A stretch of DNA of 64,000 nucleotides, taken from the NCBI GenBank assembly GCA_964247055.1, contig OZ176053.1:10168001-10232000 (forward strand), written 5' to 3'. The translations under genes and the position numbers were made by a program. This document shows positions 37,298 to 50,700 of this stretch, piece after piece. Below the pieces are notes generated by a model that saw only the letters and a list, made by a program, of their open reading frames with translations, had not been told where the DNA came from and searched no databases. The DNA comes from Paragordius varius (taxonomy: Eukaryota > Animalia > Nematomorpha). Each line of letters opens with the position of its first letter. The first letter of the stretch is position 1.

Positions 37298-40200
37298 TTA
37301 TTTCGTTTCAACATTTTTATTCGGCTGTGTAGATATGTATTCAAAATCTATGATATCATCATAAACTGTAATATCAAAGGATATTGAGCTTGTATCGGGC
37401 GTTATTTTAATTCTTTCATCATATACTACACCATTTATATTATCAGCCAAGGGTATGTAAGTAGCACATTTCCAATACGTATTATCAGCAGCCAAGGTAT
37501 TAAACGTAGTCGGTTTTGTTGTATTAGCGTGTAGTGAATATAAAAGTGGATCTAACAAATTTATTTCAAACCAAAACAATAATCCATCCATAAAGTGTTC
37601 ATGGCTATTACAAACTTGAATTTTGTATTCTTTTGTTACACTTTTTATTTTATGGTGTAAAATTAATGGTTGTTGTGTAAGTAAATCTTTTAATTGCCAT
37701 GTTAATATATGAGACGAGGTGGTTGGATCACAAAGTTTTGAGGTTGATGATGATATTGCATTGCATAATGGTATGAAATTATTTTGATATGGATCGTCGT
37801 TATAATTTGATCTATCTTGAGCTGATTGTATATCGAAATCCATAAAGATAGATGACTACAAATAAATTGATGTATTATATTAGCATTATAAAAATTAAAA
37901 TTCATATGTACTGATGAAAATGGTAAAAAAAATAATTAGGGAGAATATACGTTAAACTAATAATCTAAGAAAAAAATAGATTGTGCTATCAAAAAAATTT
38001 ACTTGTGCATAAATAAAATTAAATTTTTTGCTTACGTAATCAATGGGTATTATTATTATATATTGCAATTGAAATTTAACATAAAAAATACTTGAAATGG
38101 ATTCATCACTTTTGCGATACCGTATTCTTCGACAAACCCCTGGTCCAGTAAACATGTTTTTTGCCTTAGATAAGCACTTTGTATTGGTGTTGCATTCAAA
38201 CTCATATTATAAGGGATTATAATTATATCAGTATTCCCTTCTCCATTAACATTCCTGGTGAGTGTTGAATAATAGTCGTTTAACAATGCCAACAATGTGT
38301 GAAATTCTTCTTGTAACAAACCTCGTGGATCTATCAGGGCTTCGATACTGATGCATAGTATATGGCAACAAGAATTTGTTTTATTTGGCTTTTTGAGCAT
38401 ATCATCATCATCATGATGCCAAACCCATATTTTATGAGATAAATCAGATAAATTACGGGGGGTATTTGATGGCCTTGTGGAATATCGGGAAAGATATTCC
38501 TTTAATGATGAAAAGTTTGAATAATAGCCTATGGCCGTATTATGCGTTTTAAGTACAAAATTGAAAATGTGTGGTGTAATTGATAGCGGTTTCCCTGCTT
38601 TTCCATTCAAGCCAGATATATCGTGTAAAACATATTGTTTAACCGCATCATTACTTCTAAAAAAATTAGAGCATAATATCTTTTCTAAATATTTATAGTA
38701 TAAAATATTAATTAAAAAATAATTAATTAACTCATACCTAATTACATTGGTAAAAGCATTCAAATACAAGGACCAATAAAAATCATCATTTATGAGTACA
38801 ATTTCTTTTAGCGTTTTGAGATTATTCAATTCAATCGGTGCATGTTCCAGAAAACCATTTATAGCCAAATCCAATTCGGTATTGGGAGAAAGGTATGAGG
38901 TTGGTACCCCATGCATCATAAAATTTGTGTTGGTTTTATTAACAACAAATGATAAATAATTTTCTTTCAAATAAACTTCCATCAGAATAATCTCATTCAC
39001 TTCCAAATAAACTATGGTAATAAGGATTATAAATAATAGAAACGACATGGACATTTACAATAAACACCAAGTTAATTGTGAGTGAAAAAAAGGCAAAACT
39101 ATTGAAAATGGTTGGTACTTGGCTGAGCCATTGGATATATGGCCTGTTCCCAGCATGAATCCCGTTGCAAAGAATCAAGTGTAAATGTTTGCCCGTTAAT
39201 ATCGTTTAGAGATTGTAAGACAAATGAGATACAAATGGCATCTAACCAACCCGCACTCTGACATTTAGTTTGAAGGGTTAAATAAGGTTTTGAAGAGTTA
39301 ACTATGTAAAAATTTATATATATTTCACGATATAAAACGCTAAATATAATGTTAATTAGTTAAAACAAAAATAATTTTTAGGTGTAGCAGTTTTATTTCT
39401 AAATAACCTAAATATTATTATACAAAAGGGTAAATTGAAAGTTAATAACCATATTTCTCAAATTCATTAAGATATTCCACATTTCCCAATTGATATGTAA
39501 AAAGCTCCATGAAAGGTACTAAATACTTGATATTTTTATCCATATTTGGATTAGAATTCGATACTAAGGATATATGATTGTATACTATACCATATTCATT
39601 GTATTGTGTCAATTTTTCTGATAAATATGGATCAGATAGTGTTTCCCCATCTGGATTCATCTCTTCGAAACATTTAGTATGAGCAGACATTCCATTAAAA
39701 CTGAGATCTGATATGTATTTGCACCTTTTATGTTAAAAAAATTATTCGTGAGAGCATTGTTATATATAAAAAAATACCTTTTAAGTCAATTTTAATTAAA
39801 TAAACCAAAAATGATATTGATAACACTGCTCAACAAGGTTTTGCACCACCCCATTATTTTTGCATTTTCTGATACCTAATGGCATGGGAAGGCCAAAACA
39901 AAAAAGAAAATTGAGGCCTAGGATATTTCCGAAATTTAATTTTTAAATTTGTATTTAATTTAAAAATAACAATCATTCCTCGTGTATATATGTTTAAATA
40001 TTCAAACGAACAAGTCGATACAAATAATATTCCATGCATGAATAACAAAATTCTAGGCATTAAATAATACTAAACAAGCTAAGAGCCAAAGTATTAAAAA
40101 TCTAAAAGGGGCTTATGTATAGTGTGATAAATCCGGGCGGATGCAGAAGCTCTGCATATCCCCCAAGCGATCCAATTATGCCAGATATGGCAAACAATAA

Positions 40201-42597
40201 GTAATCGTAAGCCCGATAAGAGAGACTTGCAAGCAAAATCCAGGCAAATTGACATGTCAAATTGACCAATTCACAGAATAAAGTTAGATAAATTCTACAA
40301 TTAAATGAAATAAAAAGATTAGGTAAATACAAATGGTCCAATCCCATAATAGTAAATTCTACTAAAAGTGGCTACACAACATCCATCTGAAATTAAAAAT
40401 ACAAAACAACCAATAATTTTAAAAAATAAAGTATATCCACTAGGTATAAATAAAGGATTTTTTGTAAGAACCAACTCAAGAAAAAAAGCCTAGTAAGTAC
40501 TCGAAAGAACGAAAACTAACAAAAAAATATAGCCTATATAAAAGTCGAAGGTTTAAACCATAGAATGCCTTTTTTAGTATTTTTTTAAAAAATTTTTATA
40601 CGTATTAAAAATTCACTTGAAAGAAAAAGACTAAATTTTGACGTTTAAGTCCGTACTATTTTTTTCTCTCTGATATTTAAATGACATATTTATATTCAAA
40701 AGATAGAGTTTAAAACGCTTTATTAAATGATATTAATTTATAATATAATAACATTTTATTATAAAGTTAAATGTTTCTCTCGATTTTCTCTTGTTTTTGA
40801 AAAATTGAAAAACCAATAATATTTCAAAATTCTGATTGGCGGGATCAAAAAATTTTTCACATTCGGTTTTAAAACACTGAAATTAGTCATAATTTAAAAG
40901 TTTGAGTGGTGGTGCTCATAAATGTCCAAATTTGTCGACTAGTGTAATTTAAGTACCATATAGTTTGAATTCCCCCTTGAACAATTCAAATTCACCCTAA
41001 AATATATCATGTGTTTTTTATTTTTGAGATTATAAATTACCTCTATTTTATAATGTTTTTATAATATGAAATTCTATTTAAAATTAAATATAATTCTAAT
41101 TAATGACGAGTTATATTATCCTGAAAACACATAATTTATTTGTAGGGTGAATTCAACAATTACAAAAACTTATTTAGAAAAGTTGCTTGGAAAATATTAA
41201 TTTTACTCTGCAACTTATCGAGTTCTAAAATTTTGCGGGCCGTACGAAGAGTTTCGGAGGGCCTCGTCTTGGAAATATTGAATTTTTGTGTATGGACAAG
41301 AGTAAAAAATCAGTTTTAATTAAATTGTTTTGCTCTAAATAAAGCTTTATATATGAACAATAATATCTCTCGTTAATATATTATCCAGTTATGTACCAAT
41401 GTGGTAATGGGTAGAAATATTTTTATTTTAGTAATTTTTGGTTGTTGGTAAATGTAATTACATTTTAGTTTATGAGCCAATAAGTATATAACCTCGTATT
41501 TTACTTATTAAAATAGCAGGACATTTTTAGGTATAATTGCACAATTTTTTCGCTTCTTTATATAAATCGAATATCTTATGGTAACTGGTTTATGTTTGCT
41601 CTTAGTGTAGCTATAATTAAAACAAAATAGCGAACTAAATTAAAAAAATCTAGCCGAAAAGACCCTGTGATTATTTCACACAAAAAAATAATCCTATTTT
41701 CCTAAAAAAGTAAAAAGGGTCAATTTACAAAAACAGTTGGCACAAAAAAGTTTGAAAATATGAACGCAGATTAAACCTTTTTGGGAAACATGATTATAAT
41801 AATTTGTAATTAGAATAACAAACAAGCTAAAGGTAATAATTATAATTTGTATTTTATAAAAATTACCTTGTTTTGAAACGAATATGTTGACTTTCAATTA
41901 AAGCAAAATTTATAATCGAAGAGTGTGGAATAATTTTGGCATGTTTACCTGCGAAGCTTGTCCAAAAATGTAAAAGAACATCGTTAATCCCTTCGCCAAA
42001 AAATCCGGAATCAAATAATTCCAAAACTAATATATCAATACCTCTATTTATTAGTGAATATACTTGGTATATCTTTTTTGCTACAATCAAATGAGGATTT
42101 TTCGAAACAGATTATATTTGAGAAATTTTTAATTATATCGCTGCAAATTTTATAAAGCAATGGATTATGTTCAAAGGCATATATGTTGGATGTAAATTTA
42201 TTGGACATACAACTATTATTAAGTTGCAATAGAACCTTAATATTCCACATCCTGAGCCAATATCCAGAACAGCATCAGTATTTTTAATATTGCTTTTAAT
42301 GCTGGAGAAGTAAAAATTATTCCTGACTAAATCATTTAGCATATTTATATGCCATTTAGATAAAAACTGATTTATAATAAGATTTTTAAAATTTTTCGAT
42401 AATGTCTTACAAATTTTATTGCGTTTTTTTGACGACAAATTAATGGAAATATTTAATTTATTTATAGCTTCATATATATATGAGTGTCTGAAATAAATGT
42501 AAATTTACTGGTATAAAAATTTCCCTAATTCGTAACATAATTCAGGATCTTGTGGGTGTTTATTAATAAAAGAATGAAACGATTCCGGATCGCCCAT
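37298..42597 (-). CDS. PRMT9: Protein arginine N-methyltransferase 9 (TPR-like N-terminus + two methyltransferase modules); start codon tentative
   Basis: HPQDPELCYELGKFLY (TPR-like), KWHINMLND, VLDIGSGCGILS, LELFDSGFFGEG, DPYLSEKL, GWLDAICISFVL, DSCWEQAIYP (CW rather than HW loop, as in PRMT9), second module LIDPRGLLQEE...LLFWFEI...YWKCA. Exons include ~42509-42597, 42236-42487, 42064-42212, 41867-42041, ~39451-39724, ~39119-39300, 38092-39010, 37298-37857. Confidence 0.9.
40955..41165. mobile_element. Degenerate family C MITE
   Basis: ccccttgaacaattcaaattcaccctaaaa... and ...gggtgaattcaacaatt; boundaries approximate. Confidence 0.6.
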
Positions 42598-42879
42598 TCA
42601 AATTTAAATTTTTCCATATTTATATCCTTCATACATATTTTCTGATGATAATCAAAAGTAGAATCTCTTCGAATGACATATTTCACCTAGATACCTGGAT
42701 AACACATTCATAAGATCCTTCTTAAATTAAGTTGAAAGACCAGGCCAAGTTGAAATTATATACTTCAAAAAATATGAAGGAATTAAAACCATAGCAAAAG
42801 TTTGTACTTCCAAAATATAATATGCAATATTTAAAAATTTTCTATTTCTTATTTTAGGGCAAAAAAGTGGAGATTTAGT

Positions 42880-43684
42880 CTAAAATGACATGTGAGATAA
42901 ATGAAATTAAAAAATATACAAAATTAACCACTTTTTCCGTTTTATCAATATTTGTAATTAAAATAAACAATTGCCAAAATGTGATAAAATAAAAATGGGA
43001 GGAAGTAGTTTGACACTGAACTTCTTTAAAAAATTTAGTTTGGATATTTCGGCTTATTTATATATTATTTATTACAATAAAATCATTAATTTAAATTGGG
43101 ACCGTTTATTTCAGTAGTTTTTAAAAAACATATATTTAACACTTCGATTCGATTTGGGATCTCTAAATACCCTAATATTTTAAAGTTGATTTTATAGCAA
43201 AACTACTCAAAGAAACAGTCCCAATTTAAAATGCTTCTATCCTAATAAAAATTATAATTAAGCCATAATTTTAAGTAAAATTTAGCATTGAAAAAAAAGT
43301 TTTATAGCCAACTAGTTCGACGCCATTTTTGCAACATTTTTGGTATCGTGTTGATTTAATTTCAAAGCTAAAATTATCACATCTAACATTGATAGAAACA
43401 GAAAAAGTGGTTTGTTTTGTATTATTTTTGAATTTAGCTAATCCACACATGTCATGTTGACTAAATTTTTAAACTAAGGTTTTAGCTTAAAATAAGTTAT
43501 ATCAACTATTTTTAAGTGAATCTTTTTATATATTTTAGTTTATTAATGTTATATTAGTGCATATTTTTGCCATGGCTCCAATTCATTTGATATTTTTTGA
43601 AATACATAATTTAACACAGGCCTGAGGTATTTAAATACCCCAATTTGAATCAAAAGACTGAAATGAATGTGTTGTATTCAAGTG
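42880..43684. mobile_element. MITE family A cluster: partial minus copy (~42880-43125) abutting a complete plus copy (43140-43684)
   Basis: TTAA|CACTTCGATTCGATTTGGG at 43136-43160 and ...gtgttgtattcaagtg|ctaa at 43684-43688. Confidence 0.75.
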
Positions 43685-45399
43685 CTAAATGTCTGAACTA
43701 TTTAAATATCCTAATTAGCATAGAAGTTTAAACAATTTCAAAAATAAAATTTGCAACCTAAACATTTTAAGTTTTACCAAATTACCTTTTCAGTTTTTTG
43801 TCCTAGTTTATCTTTTGGCTGGTTTTATATCCCAACTCAATTTTGTTAGTAAACTAGAGTTTTAAAAGACAAGTTAAAAATTCAATTATCAAACATTGCT
43901 CTCATGTATTATAGCGACATTATTCTAAAGATTTTTTTGTGAAAGCTAATCGCTTCATTTAAAAAATACATTATTTGATATAATATATATAAAAATAAAC
44001 AAACATATTTTAATTTTAGATGTGGGCTCCGAAAGTATCAATTTTTGAACCCGTCTAAAATGGAGTTTAAGAGGAAAAGGCCGATGCGCGATAAATATCT
44101 AAAAATATGCTATATTTGGCATAAAAAAAGTTTTTAAATGGATATTTTACTTAAAAATTTGATTTTTCACAAGTTTGATAACCGAGTGTTATGGTATGTA
44201 AGGTGAAGCGGAAAAACACTTTAGGATATTATAAAACACCTTTACTATATATTAAAAAACGAACATTTCCATCAACTCGAACATTTAGTGTGTTAACTCT
44301 GAGTTTTAATTGATTTTATGTTAAAACTAAAATTAATCTCTGGGATATAAAATTACTGCAAAGGTAAACTAAGAAAAAATGAAAAATGTTTAAAATAATT
44401 TTATACCGTTTATCTTGCTTCAATTTATCATAAATCCGCTTCACATTCCCTAATGATATTTTTGCCCAAAATATCCATTTTCCGAAAAAAATGCCAAAAT
44501 TTAGCCTATATTTAAATGATTTTGAAACGGCATTTTTGCATTAGCTTATTTTTGGAGAATTCAGATTTCCGGACTTCCTAATTATATAGAATGAGCATAT
44601 TATTTTGTTTTTAAAATATAGCAATGTGCGCACATTTTGAATTTTTTTGATATAAAGCAATTACTATAGTGGTAGGAATTTTATTAAGCTCGTGAGGCCC
44701 AGAGTTAAAAGCATCATGACATCCATTATACATTCTAGCATAATATATATATTTTATTAAGGTATTTATGCACATATCGATTTTATAATAGTAATTATCA
44801 TTGCTTAATAATCATATTCAGAAAAATAACTTTCCGTAAGGGTAAATTTAAGGTAATTAATATATAAACATGCAAAAGTAAATAGTAAATGAAGATATTT
44901 ATAAATTCTGTCCTTTTTACGGTTTGTTTTCGTCCATACCGTTAGATGTGAGGGAATTTATTAAAGTATCCATAACCGCACTATTGAATCATTCTATTGT
45001 GTATTTATATTCCAAAAGCAGCATTACGCGAAAACCTTTTATTAAACATGACGGTTACTTTGTTATAAGTTTTAAATGTAAAAGATTGTAAGTTATTATT
45101 AATATAAAGCTGTTCTTTTTTTTCACAGATGGTGATTGTAATTTGTACTGAGTTTAACGTTTATATTTTCATTTTTTTTAAATTTAGTATGTAAATTTAC
45201 TGCCCTTCCACTATAAAATGATGAAAAAACTAACACAAAGAACAAAATAACATGCTCCCATAATTTATATGTTATTATCAAGAAAGTTAAATCACCAATA
45301 AAATATATTCTTATCAATTGAAAATTTATTATTTTTTTAATTTATTACTGCTTATAGTTGCATTTTTTTAGATAATGAACAGCACTGTTTTTGCACATA

Positions 45400-46658
45400 C
45401 TATTTCCCAGTCTAAATAAACGTTTTCCCAGTCAATCGAAACATTTTCCCAATCAATCGAAACGTTTTCCCAGTCAATCGAAATGTTTTCCCAGTCAATC
45501 GAAACATTTTCCCAATCAATAAAAACGTTTCTCAGTCAATAAAAACGGTTTTATTTTTGATGATAAATATTAAAACAAGAATATAAAAACAACTTTTAAC
45601 CATTATTAGCATAATATTAGGATATAATTTTTTATAAATACACAATTATTGAATGACAATTTTTCCAAGTATATTCCAGTGCAGAATCATTAATGACTTA
45701 TTCTTTAAATGTTATATTTTTGGAATTTGAGATGTTTAAGATGGTATTTTTATTTTATCGATGGTTGGCATTAATATATGCGACTAACTTAAAAAATCTA
45801 TAGTTACGGAGAAATTAATAAAATTTATAAAAATATACCATTTTTATCGCAAAGTTCATTTAACACTTTATATTGGATCTTAAACATAAATTTTGCGCTA
45901 ACTTTATAATATTTAACATTTGGTTGGGGGCCTAAGGCGGCCTTCCGAATATCTTTGTCCGGGCCGCAAAAAATTTGGAAAACCATATGCAAAAATATGC
46001 CCAAAAAATCTTAGTAATATTCATATTTCTTACGCAATTATTATGAATGAATCTATTAAATTGGAAATGAAATAAAAAATTGTTATATTGTGTTTGTATA
46101 CAGTCTTATTAATGAAAAATTATGTGAATGCCTGTATAAATTTTGAATGGGGAACCGTGTGCTTTTTGATTTAAGAATGCGGCCCGCGAGGCACTTGTTT
46201 TAGTCAATTATCCTTTTTATTAAATATTTTTAATCAAAAACATTTTTATCAAAAAAATTTTTCCTTTAGATATTTTTTCCGACAGTATTTTTATCGACAA
46301 ACCGGACATATTTGAAAACTATTTGAAGCGTTCAGCAAATATTAATGCGAACCATCAATAAAATAAAAAATATTATCTTAACTCAAATTCCAAAAATATA
46401 ACATTTAAAGAATAAGTAATTAATGATTGTGCACTGGAATATACTTGGAAAAATTGTCAATCAATAATTGTTTTCAATTGAAAATTACACCATATATTAC
46501 GCTAATAATGGTTAAAAGTTGTTTTTATATTGTTTTGATATTTATCATAAAATATAAAACCGACTGGGAAAACGTTTCGATTGGCTGGGAATACATTTCG
46601 ATTGATTGGGAAAATGTTTCGATTGACTGGGAAAACGTTTATTAAGACTGGGAAATGG
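45400..46658. mobile_element. Foldback-like non-autonomous element: ~370-bp inverted arms carrying a 21-bp minisatellite, TA flanks
   Basis: ta|CTATTTCCCAGTC ... GACTGGGAAATGG|ta; unit ttttcccagtcaatcgaaaca about 6x on the left and about 4x inverted on the right; arms ~45400-45785 and ~46335-46658. Confidence 0.8.
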
Positions 46659-47740
46659 TATATCTAAAATATTATTTTATGTATAACTATTACAATTATT
46701 GGGTATTGAAAGGCCAAAATAAGACTGCTAACATTTTAATCCATAATAAATTAATTCAGCTAATCCTGTGATATGATGAGTTAAAAAAGGCTATTTGAGT
46801 CTAATTATTTTTCTCAAACATACTTTAAGTCAAAAATACATGGTATTTTAATTTATATGCTTTAAAAAAATTAAATTACGTTTTTAGCCATTAATATTTG
46901 AACATTTATTGGGTGGAGAACAAGGAGCTTTTAAAAATTCGATCATGCTAAATATGTGCCTAATAGATGTTTTTTGGTTTACGTAGAAAAAAAACAATTA
47001 ATTTGACTCCCTGAGCAAAATAACATTAATTTATATACTCGTAATATAAAAATATGACGTCTCTTTAATTATCTTTTTGGAAGCAAAAAAAATAAGTTGA
47101 GGTTTGATAAAACATTATTTTGATACAATTTAATTAAGGGAAAATGTAGTAATTTATGTTTCCAGATAAGAAAATGCGTACATATACAATATTTACATAA
47201 TTTTAGATTAGGTCGCATGATCAAAAAACAAAGTATATGTTTTAAATTTTCTAAAATTAATTTAGCTTTTTTGGAAAAAGAACATTATCAGGATTTAAGA
47301 TTATTTAGCCGATAAATAATTTATTTTTGATGATATACAAATGTGTATGTATTGCTTTTATGATGACAAAAAATACCTGATTGAATTAAGCTTTATAGGA
47401 CTGCACTATATTTTTAAAAAATACAGTTATAAACACTTAATAATTTCAACAAAACATACAGCTTACTATCTATTTAATGCATAAACAAATGTCACAAAAA
47501 ATTTACTAACCTTTATGATGAGAAGGTAGGACAAACAATTTAGAAACTGCTGTGACGAATTAAATATACCTTAATCATTGAGTCTATATATTAATATTTG
47601 GATTATGACGGTGCGATATATTAATCATTTCCATTTTTGGGTCTTACATTTAATTATTTTGCAAATAAATTTTTTCTTATATACTGGAAACAACGGTGCA
47701 CATAAATCCTTTAAAGATATTCATTTGTTTGAAGATATTC

Positions 47741-50700
47741 ATGGTAAAAATCTTATCTCTATTTAAATTATATAAATTGTGTATGAACTATCAAAAATAA
47801 TATTATAATATTAATAGCAACTATATTCCATTATTCATCTCACACAATTATTAGCATTATTATTGTTTTGTATTTTAGTTATTTTCTTTCATGTTAAAGG
47901 CTACCAAGAATACCAAAAATTTGATGTTGTTACCCAAATTCCGGTATCTTCGGTTCAAGAGGCAGAGTTCATAAATTTTATTGAAGGTGATCCACTTTTA
48001 GCATACATTGAAAGATCGGGGAATAATGGCGCATATCAATTGTCTCAAAATTTTCAATTAGTTAAGTTTTTACGGAATAAGGTAAAATTTATCTTTGTCC
48101 TTATAAAACATACACTATAATTACATTTAATATTGTGTCGTTTAGGAAGACAACTCTTATGAAACAATGGATTGCAAAATTAAAACTAATGGACCATTGG
48201 CACTCCAGAGTTTTGTGATGAAAAACGCCACATATCTTTTTGTAGCCCAAGATTTCGGTTTCATATTCATCAATTATTTTTATTTGAATAAATTAAATTT
48301 ATTAACAACTTTCAATATATCAAAAATGTATAGATATTGTTAATGAAACGCAAGGTTCAGCGTTGTATCGTATTACGCCAGATTGTGATATTACTCATGT
48401 CCATTCTGTACGTTCCCATAGTCCCAATGCCATTAAATTTTTTCTGTTAGGATCTCTCCCATGTATTGTTGTAGCTAACTCAGAACTCAAAAATGATTTG
48501 GAAATCGAAAGCTATGTTTACGAATGGAGAGGTAAATTACACGAATTAATTCTATGATAATTTTAGAAATCTAATTTAGAAAAAGTTAGGGCTTGTTGAT
48601 ATAACCCTCTGAACCAAATAACTAGTGTAACCACCTTTAAGTTTATAAAATAATTTAGCTTTAACTCTGATTTCAACTGGTAAAATTATTAATTTTTATT
48701 TAAATTAATCAAATTTGTTCATTTTAGCTCAATTTTGAATGTAATAGTTAGTTTAAACTAATGTTGAAAATTATTATATGTATTTAACTGTATTGAATCA
48801 TTATTTTGGATTTGAATTTTGAAATCATAACCGGACCATTTAAAATCGGCATTTAATGTTGGAAACTCTTTTTAATACCGGCAACTTCCCATCGACGCAA
48901 AATCAACTAAACACCGCTTATAATGTTTAATGTTGATTTAATTTGATTTGTTATAACTAATTTAATTTATGGTTAATTCTTTTATACTGGCGTATTTAAT
49001 AAAAAATGCTTATTTGAGATTAAAGGAGCGGATATAAACTATAAACACCTATTATTTTAATTTGATAAATAAATACATGTATACTAACGGAGTAATTTGG
49101 TTAAAATATAATATTTATCTTTTTTAAAGACATTAGCCATTATATGAACAAAATTTTGATTTTTCTATTTTTAATAAATATAAAAATATATCAGCATATG
49201 TAAGTTCGATAATTATCAAAGCTTAAATTATGCAAATTTTATATAATTTGTGTCAAAATGCTTACGTATATCATCATTTTGTAGTCATGTAATATAATAA
49301 ATGAAAAATTAATGAAATCTTAACTATGGATATTTTAAGAGGGCCATTTCCATGTATCTTGATCTTTAAATTGCATGTATTTTACGGTTCCGCATATAAT
49401 ATCGTTTTATGCCGCTAAAATGATTAGAGGAAAATTTTAAACAGCTTAGTAAAAATCACTGGGTTCCAGTGATCCCACAAAACCAGTTTTTAAAATTTTT
49501 TTGATCTCTTCCAAACGCAACCCTAGTTTTATTGATTAAGAAAAATACCGAAAGTGTTCTATTATATATGCGCATACTACCTAAGTTTCCTTCAATTCCG
49601 TCAATTTGAACGGGGCTTATTTTAACACTAATGTACCCTGTATAATTCAATAGAATACATTATTTTTTCTTCTTTATAGGTTCGGGTAGTACTGGACATT
49701 TTGACATTTTTTCCAGTTTTATCACGTTAAATGCAAGGGATGTGGAACATTTTAAGATATACAACAACCATTATTTAGCCATCGCAAATCATCAAAATAA
49801 TCAACAATCCGTTAACATTGATAGCGAAATATTTATTTATGATTTGGAGGAACATACATTTAAACACTTTCAATACATCCCTACGAGTGGTGCAGTTGAT
49901 TGGGAGTTTTTTTCATTTGGTCATGATATAAAGCAAGATTTCTTTTTGGCAGTAGCCAATCAATATAGCATGGGTATTTAATTAAATGCTTTTTTAATAC
50001 GCATGATAAATAAGGCACTAAATTTTATTTTTATATTGATGATGGTTATTTGATTGATTTTTGGATTTATTAGATGGGGATCAAAGCAAAAATTATAATG
50101 TCAAATCAGTCATTTACAAATTCCATAAAAATAGTTTCACAGTTTTTCAAGAGTTGGACACACGTGGCGCAAAAAGATTTCTAAGCTATCAAGGTTTGTT
50201 CCATATTATTCATATTAAAATGTATATTTTATTTAGATATCGATAACATATTGACTTATATTTAGTCAAAAAATTTGTTAAACAATATTTTGTAAGTATT
50301 AATATATAAATAATAAAACATTTATAATTAACAATAGATAGTAATGGAGAATTTGTGTTAATACTTACAACAATTTTCGGAGATGTTCACATCTATCAAT
50401 ATAATGGTTGGAATTTCTATGAAGCAGCTAAAAACCCTGAATTAGGTTCCAACACTGTAGGTTACACGGAAAAAAGTGACAACAAATTAATTATTAAGAG
50501 AAGTCAGGCACTGCATGAAAAATTATCTTTCATAGTGTTACCTATGAAAAAAGCGGTGTATAATCGAGCTGGTGCAGAACTTAAACCAGCATTCATTAAC
50601 ATTAATCCAGTTAGTAAGTTACAAGCATATATGAGGCAAAAACTTGAAAGCCTGAAGGCAAGATTAGAAAATGCTGATAAACGATATGCTCAATTGAACG

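Noticed and set aside
39098-39118. Apparent 20-nt intron gtaccaaccattttcaatag in PRMT9
   Set aside because: Using this AG leads to a stop; the downstream acceptor near 39011 restores homology (MAQP-I-YLEVNEIILMEV), so the real intron is ~105 nt.
40520-40566. GGTTTAAACC... on the minus strand resembling a nematode spliced-leader start
   Set aside because: Only the first 7 nt match SL1; no AG|GT donor at ~22 nt and no convincing SL RNA structure.
45423-46650. 21-bp repeats as CRISPR or as a coding repeat (ORF 46427-46645, DWENVSI)
   Set aside because: Spacerless minisatellite within inverted TE arms; the ORF is a by-product.
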